The notes under the pieces: model-generated
Told to the model about the DNA's origin: nothing
Seen by the model: only the letters and a program-made list of their open reading frames with translations
Database searches by the model: none
In this document: positions 8,254 to 15,955 of the stretch, in pieces
How the letters are laid out: the number at the start of each line of letters is the position of its first letter
Numbering within the stretch: the first letter of the stretch is position 1
From: Candidatus Ventrenecus avicola
GTDB lineage: Bacteria > Bacillota_I > Bacilli_A > RF39 > UBA660
Direction: 5' to 3'
Length of the DNA stretch: 58,678 nt
Assembly: GCA_018711945.1 (NCBI GenBank)
Contig: DVHP01000086.1
Coordinates: 1 to 58,678 of the forward strand
Position numbers and translations under genes: made by a program

Positions 8254-8805
8254 TTATATATATATATGTTTTTTACGTGGCACCTCTATTTTGTGGGTGC
8301 GTTCTTTCATATATTTTTCAATGATTACTGGCTTTTTTTCTTCTAAACTTTTTTGTACATCGATGATTCTTTGGTTTCTTGAGCCTCTAAAATCCAGATT
8401 TAAACTAAATTGGCTTTTATCAAATTTTCCATCTACTAAAACATCTGTGTATTTTAGAAGTTCTAACATATCCTTGTTTTTTAATGTTTGTTCGAATGTA
8501 AAACCGGTATAACACCAAACGTTTAAGCCTATTTCTTTTGCATGTTTTGCTATTTCAGCACATGCTTTTGCTTGAAACATTGGATCTCCTCCTGATAAGG
8601 TGATTCCTTGTTGGCCTAAAAGAGAATCCAATTCTTTTTTTACGTCTTCTACATTTACGGAAAAACCGCCATTAAAATCATGGGTTGATGGATTTTGGCA
8701 TCCTTCACAATTATGACTACACCCTTGAGTCCAAATGACGGTTCTTATTCCTGGGCCATCGACTATACTGTCTGGTTGTAAGTCGCTAGCTAAACGTATA
8801 TTCAT
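8254..8805 (-). CDS. nrdG: anaerobic ribonucleoside-triphosphate reductase activating protein (radical SAM)
   Basis: 183 aa. GPGIRTVIWTQGCSHNCEGCQNP cluster motif. Start overlaps the upstream stop (ATGA). Confidence 0.9.
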   Translation of the reverse strand: MNIRLASDLQPDSIVDGPGIRTVIWTQGCSHNCEGCQNPSTHDFNGGFSVNVEDVKKELDSLLGQQGITLSGGDPMFQAKACAEIAKHAKEIGLNVWCYTGFTFEQTLKNKDMLELLKYTDVLVDGKFDKSQFSLNLDFRGSRNQRIIDVQKSLEEKKPVIIEKYMKERTHKIEVPRKKHIYI

Positions 8806-8972
8806 TTTTGTGGTTGATTCTCAAGTCCAGCAATACTGTGTTTTACACGGTCATGTTCTTCTGCTTTTTTTCCGTTATTGAAACGGTCTGTTGTTCCTAC
8901 TAAATAACCAGTAATTCTTCTAATTCTTTCGAATCTTACTCCTTCTCCCACTTTTTTTTCTTCTGCTTTCAT
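8802..8972 (-). CDS. separately encoded glycyl-radical C-terminal segment of class III ribonucleotide reductase
   Basis: 56 aa from ATG 8972, with GGAGG RBS 7 nt upstream. Contains RRITGYLVGTTDRFNNGKKAEEHDRVKH (RxxGY glycyl-radical motif and the NrdD C-terminal signature). Confidence 0.7.
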   Translation of the reverse strand: MKAEEKKVGEGVRFERIRRITGYLVGTTDRFNNGKKAEEHDRVKHSIAGLENQPQK

Positions 8973-8989
8973 TTTTTTCCTCCTTCTTT

Positions 8990-11293
8990 CTATCTTCCAC
9001 CACAAGTGTTTAAGCTTGCGTTTTTAATTCTTTCAATTGGAACGCCTTCGCCTTCCTTACGTCCACATCCTGGACAGAAATCGCCAATGACACCTGTATA
9101 TCCACATACTGGATCACGGTCTACTGGGTGATTGATTGCGCCGTAACCAATTCCGTTATCATGCATAACTCGGATGATACTTTCAAATGCATCGATATTC
9201 ATAGCTGTATCTCCATCTAATTCTACATAGCTGATGTGTCCGCCATTGGTAAGAGCGTGATATGGCGCTTCAATTTGAATTTTTTTTGCTGCTGAGATGT
9301 TGTAATAAACAGGTACATGGAATGAGTTCGTGTAATATTCTCTATCTGTTACACCTTTAATTTTTCCATAAATTGCTTTATCTATATTTGTAAATCTTCC
9401 TGATAATCCCTCAGCTGGTGTAGCAATTAGTGTGAAGTTCAAATTGTTTTCTTCTGAATATTGATCTGTTTTTTCTCTCATAAATTTAATGATTTTAAGA
9501 CCTAATTCTTGAGCTTCTTCATTTTCTCCGTGATGTTTTCCGATTAAAGCTTTTAAACATTCTGCTAAACCAATGAATCCAATTGTTAAAGTACCATGTT
9601 TTAAGACTTTTCTTAAACGGTCGGTAGGTTTTAGTTTTTCACTATCTATCCATACTCCTTGACCTAATAAGAATGGAAAGTTATATATTCTTTTTGAACA
9701 TTGGATTTCAAATCTTTCAAGTAGTTGATCTCTTACTAGATCCATTAACTCTCCTAGTTCTTTAAAGAAACCATCTAAATCCGTTTTTTCCTTGCTTACA
9801 ATACCATGTTTGATTCCAAGTCTTGGTAAGTTAATTGATGTAAATGAAAGATTTCCTCTTCCTGGGGTAATTGCTTTGCTTGGATCGACAACATTTGCTA
9901 AAACTCTTGTACGGCATCCCATATATCCAACTTCGGTTTCAAAGTTATTTGGATCATAAAACTCTAAATTGAATGGTGCATCTATAAACGAAAAGTTTGG
10001 AAATAGTCTTTTTGCTGAAACCTCACATGCCAATCTAAATAAATCGTAATTTGGATCTTCTTTATTATAATTTACTCCTTCTTTTACTTTAAATATTGAG
10101 ATCGGGAAAATTGGTGTTTCATGATTTCCTAAACCGGCATCTGTTGCAAGTAGATAATTTTTCATAACCATTCTACCCTCAGGTGATGTATCTGTTCCGA
10201 AGTTTACTGATGAAAATGGAACTTGTGCTCCAGCTCTTGAATGCATGGTATTTAAATTGTGAATAAATGCTTCCATCGCTTGATAAGTTTGTCTATCCGT
10301 TTTTTCATATGCTTTTTCATATGCTTTCTTGAATAATCTTTTTGCTTGCTTTGAGTCTTTTGTAAAGGAATCAAATACACTTAAATCGATATCAATTGTT
10401 TTAAATTTATCAATTTCTTTTGCAACTTTATCCATGTTTATGAAATGGTCTAAATCTGTTAAATCTAAAAAGTCATAAATTTGTTGTTTCAATTGTTTTT
10501 TAAAAGTTGCAAGTACTCCTGGTGCCATGTAGTAATCAAAGGCTGGAATAGATTGTCCACCGTGTTGATCATTTTGGTTTGATTGAATTGCAATCGCGGC
10601 AAGAGCTGAATAACTTATGATATCTTTTGGTTTTCTTAAGTAACCATGACCAGTGGAAAATCCATCTTCAAATAATTTATCTAAAGCAATTTGACAGCAA
10701 GTTGTAGTTCCCATTGCTGAAAAGTCTAAATCATGAATGTGAATATCTCCGTTATCATGTGCTTCTGTAAATTTTGGTTTCATTAAATATGATTTTGCAA
10801 ATTCTTTTGAAATTGTTGATCCAAATTGAAGCATTGTTCCCATTGCTGTGTCGCCATCTACATTGGCATTTTCTCTTTTGTCATTTACTTCAGAAGATGA
10901 TTTTAAGCCTAGGTTTTCGATCGCTTTTAAAAATTTGTGTTGTTTTTTTTCTCCGAAGAAGACTTGACGTGAAATGTTTCTTCTTTCGCGATAGTCTGAA
11001 AATGCTTTATAAACATCTGGATAACCTTGTTTTTGTAATTCTGATTCAATTAAATCTTGAATTGCTTCGATTTTAATCTTATCTTCATTCTTGTATTCTT
11101 TTTCAATTCTTTTTATTACCGCATTATAAACTTTGTTAACATCTTTTTCAGTATAATGCCTTTCTTCATCTTTTTCTAAGCTATCAAAGCTTTTTTTGAT
11201 GGCAATGGCAATTCTGGCACCATTCCATTCTACTTTCTTACCACTTCGCTTAATAACTGTTAAGTGGTTTAATTTTTCTTCTTCTTTTAACAT
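8990..11293 (-). CDS. nrdD: anaerobic ribonucleoside-triphosphate reductase large subunit, truncated before the glycyl-radical loop
   Basis: 767 aa. ATP-cone-like N-terminus (VIKRSGKKVEWNGARIAIAIKKSF). C-terminal Zn ribbon CGYTG...CPGCG. Ends GEGVPIERIKNASLNTCGGR with no RxxGY motif. Confidence 0.9.
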   Translation of the reverse strand: MLKEEEKLNHLTVIKRSGKKVEWNGARIAIAIKKSFDSLEKDEERHYTEKDVNKVYNAVIKRIEKEYKNEDKIKIEAIQDLIESELQKQGYPDVYKAFSDYRERRNISRQVFFGEKKQHKFLKAIENLGLKSSSEVNDKRENANVDGDTAMGTMLQFGSTISKEFAKSYLMKPKFTEAHDNGDIHIHDLDFSAMGTTTCCQIALDKLFEDGFSTGHGYLRKPKDIISYSALAAIAIQSNQNDQHGGQSIPAFDYYMAPGVLATFKKQLKQQIYDFLDLTDLDHFINMDKVAKEIDKFKTIDIDLSVFDSFTKDSKQAKRLFKKAYEKAYEKTDRQTYQAMEAFIHNLNTMHSRAGAQVPFSSVNFGTDTSPEGRMVMKNYLLATDAGLGNHETPIFPISIFKVKEGVNYNKEDPNYDLFRLACEVSAKRLFPNFSFIDAPFNLEFYDPNNFETEVGYMGCRTRVLANVVDPSKAITPGRGNLSFTSINLPRLGIKHGIVSKEKTDLDGFFKELGELMDLVRDQLLERFEIQCSKRIYNFPFLLGQGVWIDSEKLKPTDRLRKVLKHGTLTIGFIGLAECLKALIGKHHGENEEAQELGLKIIKFMREKTDQYSEENNLNFTLIATPAEGLSGRFTNIDKAIYGKIKGVTDREYYTNSFHVPVYYNISAAKKIQIEAPYHALTNGGHISYVELDGDTAMNIDAFESIIRVMHDNGIGYGAINHPVDRDPVCGYTGVIGDFCPGCGRKEGEGVPIERIKNASLNTCGGR

Positions 11294-11319
11294 AACTACC
11301 TCCCATATTTTCTGACTTG

Positions 11320-11348
11320 ATTATATAACTCTATAATAGGAGTGTCAA
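11320..11348 (-). promoter_or_regulatory. sigma-A promoter of nrdD with an overlapping imperfect palindrome
   Basis: Minus strand: TTGACA (11343-11348), 17-nt spacer, TATAAT (11320-11325). The spacer contains ACTCCTATTATAGAGT (CTAT-N-ATAG core), a weak NrdR-box-like palindrome. Confidence 0.6.
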
Positions 11349-11534
11349 CAGAAATGTTCGCTTTTTTTAAAACTTTTTTTATGGCTTTTTTCACTTCCCT
11401 TATTTTAAGGGAAAAATTTCAAAAAATTCATTTTGTAAAATTTACACTTTTTTCAATTTACAATTTTTTTTGAATTTTCACAGTTTTATTTTCTTAAGTT
11501 TTTTGCGTTTTTCCTTTTATTTATGGGAAAAATC

Positions 11535-11630
11535 AATGTTTTTTGGTGTTTTTTGATTTTTTGGGAATTTTGATTTTTTAATTTTTTTCTTTTTTTAAAA
11601 TTACCGATTTTTTTATTTTTTTAATTTTTG
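11535..11630. repeat. phased T-tract (A-tract) array, predicted intrinsically bent DNA
   Basis: T4-T7 runs recur every 9-10 bp (GTTTTTTGG TGTTTTTTGA TTTTTTGGGAATTTTGATTTTTTAATTTTTTTCTTTTTTT...) within the 580-bp nrdD / 11875 divergent intergenic region. Confidence 0.6.
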
Positions 11631-11874
11631 CTAAAAATGACTATTTTTATCATATATGAAGGGTAAAGTGTTCGCCATTTTTTCCTTTCTTTTAGGTATA
11701 GTATTTTTCTCTTTAAAATCGTTTTTGTTGCTTTTATTTTATTTGTTGATAAGTAAATAGAATTTCTTTTTAAAATACCGAATATTTAAAAAAATGTTCG
11801 TATTTTTAATGTTTTTCTGATTTCTTTTTAAAAATACTTAGAATTGTGGTATCCTATACCTAGGAAGTGATATA

Positions 11875-13233
11875 ATGCAATCTAAGTTTTTAGAATATCG
11901 AAAAAATTATCCTACATTTATTTATCATAGTTTTGATATAGTAGATCTGGGTAAAAGTATTCGTTTGTCTTTTGACTATGAAATATCAGGTCTTACATCT
12001 TTTCGTCCTTGGATAGAAATTAATAAAGATGATAGAGATGTAGATGTGAATGATTCTTTTTTCCGTTATTTAGTATTTCATATTGGACTCATCGAATTAG
12101 TTAGTTATTTCAAATGTACTTGTAGTCCAAATGTTATTATAGAAGCAGGGTATTTGTCAGAAGAACAAATATCATGGTTTAAAAAATTATATTATTATGG
12201 GCTTGGAGAGTTTTTATATTTGAATCACATTGATATTAGTGAAGATGATTTGATGAATATTCAATGTGCTTCTTTTCCACAAACTATTTCTATACCTCAT
12301 TATCAGGGAGTTGGAAACTTGATACCGATAGGTGGTGGCAAGGATTCTTTGGTTAGTTTAGAATTGTTAAAAGATTATTATAAAGATAATCACTGCTTTA
12401 TTATTAATCCGAAACCTGTTACTACTTCTTGTGCTGAGGCAGGTGGATATCAAAGTGATAGAATTATTGGAGTTAAAAGAATTATTGATAAGAATTTAAT
12501 AGATTTAAATCAGCGTGGATTTTTAAATGGGCATACTCCTTTTAGCGCAGTGGTTGCTTTTCTTTCTTATTTAACGGCTTATATTTATGGAAAAAAATAT
12601 ATTGTTTTATCGAATGAAGCTAGTGCGAATGAAGCTACCGTACTCGATACGAAAATTAATCATCAGTATTCTAAGACCTATGAATTTGAAAATGATTTTA
12701 ATTGTTATACTCAAAAGTTTTTTGGGATTGATATTCATTACTTTAGTTTGCTTCGACCACTTAGTGAGTTTCAAATTGCATTATTATTTTCGCATTATCC
12801 TAAGTATCATTTTATCTTTCGAAGCTGTAATGTTGGAAGTAAAAACGAAAAATGGGAATGGTGTTGCCATTGTCCAAAATGTTTATTTGTTTACATTATT
12901 TTAAGTCCCTTTTTATATCCTGATAAGTTGGTTTCTATTTTTGGAGAGGATTTATATTCTAATAAGGAATTGCTACCAATCTTTTTAGAGTTATTGGGTT
13001 ATAGTGAGACAAAACCGTTTGAATGTGTAGGAACTTATGGGGAAGCTAGATATGCAGTAAGTTTAACGATACAAAAACTAGGAGATCAACTTCCTTATTT
13101 GCTTTCTTATTATAAAGAACATTATCCATTAGAATTATCTACTCATTTTGAGAGGGAGTTTAATACAGAACATAATTTGCCGAAAGAGTTTGAAGAAATT
13201 TTGAGAAAAGAGTTGAGTCATTATGTATCATAA
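11875..13233 (+). CDS. PP-loop-like (adenine nucleotide alpha-hydrolase superfamily) protein; candidate MurL-type partner of the downstream Mur ligase
   Basis: 452 aa. IPIGGGKDSLVS resembles the SGGxDS PP-loop. Cys cluster CCHCPKC. Stop overlaps the start of 13223..14581. Confidence 0.6.
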   Translation: MQSKFLEYRKNYPTFIYHSFDIVDLGKSIRLSFDYEISGLTSFRPWIEINKDDRDVDVNDSFFRYLVFHIGLIELVSYFKCTCSPNVIIEAGYLSEEQISWFKKLYYYGLGEFLYLNHIDISEDDLMNIQCASFPQTISIPHYQGVGNLIPIGGGKDSLVSLELLKDYYKDNHCFIINPKPVTTSCAEAGGYQSDRIIGVKRIIDKNLIDLNQRGFLNGHTPFSAVVAFLSYLTAYIYGKKYIVLSNEASANEATVLDTKINHQYSKTYEFENDFNCYTQKFFGIDIHYFSLLRPLSEFQIALLFSHYPKYHFIFRSCNVGSKNEKWEWCCHCPKCLFVYIILSPFLYPDKLVSIFGEDLYSNKELLPIFLELLGYSETKPFECVGTYGEARYAVSLTIQKLGDQLPYLLSYYKEHYPLELSTHFEREFNTEHNLPKEFEEILRKELSHYVS

Positions 13234-14581
13234 AATTCTTGATTTTTTTGCTGGAAAAAGAATCGCTATTTTGGGATTTGGAATGGAAGGAAAATCTACT
13301 TATCGTTTTATTAGACGTTATATGAAGGATATTTCTCTTACGGTTATTGATCAGAAAAATATGCAATTGGAAAATGAAGCTTTATTTTCTTTGGATCATT
13401 CTCTTTCCTTTGTGTATGGTGAACATTATTTAGAAAATTTAGAGAAGTATGACGTGATTATGAAAAGCCCGGGTATTTCTTTTAAGGATATTGATATTAG
13501 TAAAATACGAAATAAGATATATTCTCAAATTGAATTGTTATTAATGTTTTATCGAGATAATATGATAGGGATTACTGGAACAAAGGGGAAGAGTACGACT
13601 TCTACTTTAATTTATCAAGTATTATGTGAATCGGGCAAAGACACACGATTAGTTGGAAATATTGGAATTCCTGTGTTTGATGAAATTGAAGAATATACGG
13701 ATCATACTATTTTAGTGGTCGAAATGTCCAGTCATCAATTAGAGTATGTAGATTTTTCTCCTCATATCGGAATTATTTTAAATTTGTTTGAAGATCATTT
13801 GGATCATGCTGGTAGTGTAGAACATTATTATGCTAGTAAAATGCATATGTTTGATTATCAAAGAGAAGAGGATATTTCTATTTATTCTCGAGATAATAAA
13901 AATTTGTGTGAATATATAAAGAATGGAAATTATCGTTCTCATATGTATCCTGTGCAATTAGAATACGATTCAAACTGTGTGTCTTTAAAAGGAAATGAAG
14001 TTCGTTTTCAAGATACTGTTTTATATGTTGATGATCATCAAAGGCATTTGCTTGGAACTCATAATCTAGAAAATATCATGGTTGTTATGCTTGTCGCTAA
14101 ATTATTGAATTTGGATTTAGAGAAAGCAAAAAAGACCGTAGATTCTTTTAGGGGATTAGAACATCGTCTTGAATTTGTAGGTGTTTTTGGAGATGTGACA
14201 TACTATAATGATGCAATCGCGACTATTCCTGAAGCAACTATGAATGGTATTCGTGCTTTAAAAAAGGTTGATACTTTGATTTTTGGAGGCATGGATAGAG
14301 GTATTGATTACTCTCAATTTATTACTTATTTACTTCATGCAGATATCTCTAATTTAATTTGTATGCCTACGACTGGTTATAAAATTGGACAACTGTTGAT
14401 GGAAGAAGGTTGCACTAAGAATATTGTGTTTGTTGATACGTTGGAAGAAGCTGTTGCTACTGCAAAAAAAGTAACTGCGAAAGGTGGCATTTGTTTATTG
14501 TCTCCGGCAGCATCTAGTTATGAATATTTTAAAAATTTTCAAGAAAAAGGTAATTGTTATAAGAAGCTAGTGCAAGATTGA
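13223..14581 (+). CDS. murD: MurD-family UDP-N-acetylmuramoyl-L-alanine--glutamate ligase (stand-alone, outside any dcw context in this window)
   Basis: 452 aa. Rossmann-like N-terminus GKRIAILGFGMEGKS, Mur ligase P-loop GITGTKGKSTT, NDAIAT block. Confidence 0.85.
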   Translation: MYHKILDFFAGKRIAILGFGMEGKSTYRFIRRYMKDISLTVIDQKNMQLENEALFSLDHSLSFVYGEHYLENLEKYDVIMKSPGISFKDIDISKIRNKIYSQIELLLMFYRDNMIGITGTKGKSTTSTLIYQVLCESGKDTRLVGNIGIPVFDEIEEYTDHTILVVEMSSHQLEYVDFSPHIGIILNLFEDHLDHAGSVEHYYASKMHMFDYQREEDISIYSRDNKNLCEYIKNGNYRSHMYPVQLEYDSNCVSLKGNEVRFQDTVLYVDDHQRHLLGTHNLENIMVVMLVAKLLNLDLEKAKKTVDSFRGLEHRLEFVGVFGDVTYYNDAIATIPEATMNGIRALKKVDTLIFGGMDRGIDYSQFITYLLHADISNLICMPTTGYKIGQLLMEEGCTKNIVFVDTLEEAVATAKKVTAKGGICLLSPAASSYEYFKNFQEKGNCYKKLVQD

Positions 14582-14772
14582 TATTTTTTCATTGCTTCTA
14601 GTAATTTTTCTGTGTTAATATAGCTTGTAAGACATGGCGCTTTAAAATAAAAAAACGAAATTATTGCTGATTATGGCTATGCAGGAGTGCCATTTTTAGA
14701 TGAAATGCTTTTCAGGTATTTGTAAAAAAATGATAGAGATTTTATTTTTTGAAACTAGAAAGGATGGATATT

Positions 14773-15663
14773 ATGACTAGTATGGAAACTATATTGAAAA
14801 ATATAGAGTATTTAGAAAATGTAAAAAAGAACCTTGAAATGTCTCTTAAAGGAGTAGACGAGTTAGTAACAATGCATTCACGTCTCTTAACAGAATCTTA
14901 TAAGAAATTTTATGATGAGAAGAGGAGTAAAGAATTTGTTTTGTATGAAGATTATCCTAGTCTTTCTCTTTTAGAGTACTTTTTGCAATGTAATCAAAGT
15001 TTTCCGATGTATCAATTTGGGCTTTTCCACGTCAAAGAATTGGCAGAGATTATTAAATATGTGTATCAATTTAAAACGGGGCAGGAATTTCGTATTTGTA
15101 CAGTTGGAAAAATAGAGTATGATTCTAGAAATTGTCCTTATGATGCATTTCTTTATTTTTTAATTGGTAGCTGTGAGACACTTCTAAAATATCAAGAATA
15201 TGATGGAACTCTTGCTTCTTCCCTTGAATTTTGTCATTCTGAAGCAGAAGAAAATTTGGTGAAAATTCCTTTAGATAGAAATTATAGAACACCACTGGGT
15301 ATAAAGTGTGAAACTCAAAAAAATTGGGGAATTGTTAAACCAACTTTTCTGGATTCGATTGAAGCTGCTAGTTTGTATAAGCAAGTTTTTGGTAAAAAAA
15401 TGGATATTTTAAGTACTTTACAAGCGAGTCATAGTGACGGGATTCAAAATGTTTTAAGTTTTCCAGTACATCCAAATGACGTGGAAATCGCTAATATTTT
15501 AATTAGTATTGCAATTTATAAAAGAAATAATCAAAAAGAGTTTTTGGCAGAAGAAGATTATCATCATATTTTTGAGACATTATATGGAGAAAAAGTGGAT
15601 ATTTTGGGAGATGTGGAGAAAGATTTTTCGCGCACACTTGTGTATGTCCCAAATATGAAGTAG
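14773..15663 (+). CDS. hypothetical protein, coiled-coil N-terminus; member 2 of the local paralogue family
   Basis: ORF track starts at TTG 14749. ATG 14773 has an AAAGGA RBS about 8 nt upstream. Paralogue of 5114..6058. Confidence 0.75.
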   Translation: MTSMETILKNIEYLENVKKNLEMSLKGVDELVTMHSRLLTESYKKFYDEKRSKEFVLYEDYPSLSLLEYFLQCNQSFPMYQFGLFHVKELAEIIKYVYQFKTGQEFRICTVGKIEYDSRNCPYDAFLYFLIGSCETLLKYQEYDGTLASSLEFCHSEAEENLVKIPLDRNYRTPLGIKCETQKNWGIVKPTFLDSIEAASLYKQVFGKKMDILSTLQASHSDGIQNVLSFPVHPNDVEIANILISIAIYKRNNQKEFLAEEDYHHIFETLYGEKVDILGDVEKDFSRTLVYVPNMK

Positions 15664-15913
15664 TTAAAAACATTTAAAATTTTAAATAATTGTTTTAAAA
15701 ATACAATTGAAAATAATGTAGTTTGGGGGAGATACTATGAATTTATTTCAAAACGAAGTAAGATTATTTATGATATTTGATATCTTGGACAAAGTGGGGA
15801 GTCGCTAGCAGAAGAGACTGGTACAGGAAACTGGTTAGAAGGACATCGTTTTAGTTCTAATCCATCGGATTCTGATATTTTAGAATTTACAGATAGTATT
15901 TCCTAGTTATAGA

Positions 15914-15941
15914 GATTACTTGGCTTAGTAGTCTTTTTTTT
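15914..15941 (+). terminator. Rho-independent terminator
   Basis: 7-bp stem GATTACT / AGTAGTC (one wobble), 6-nt loop, T8 run. Confidence 0.55.
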
Positions 15942-15955
15942 GATATACTTATTAT

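Noticed and set aside
8204-8512. 102-aa plus-strand ORF
   Set aside because: Entirely antisense to nrdG and its terminator. Hydrophobic low-complexity shadow.
10774-11076. 100-aa plus-strand ORF inside nrdD
   Set aside because: Antisense shadow of a strongly supported CDS.
11294-11874. CRISPR array or replication origin in the long T-rich intergenic region
   Set aside because: No regularly spaced identical repeats with unique spacers. No TTATCCACA-type DnaA boxes (best match TGTGGTATC is 6 of 9). dnaA and dnaN are not adjacent.
12587-12904. 105-aa ORF in an alternative frame of 11875..13233, plus similar internal ORFs (16155..16337, 25328..25525, 27315..27515, 35589..35786, 48910..49098, 49111..49293, 49798..50031)
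   Set aside because: Same-strand out-of-frame ORFs nested in longer, motif-supported genes, with no independent signals.
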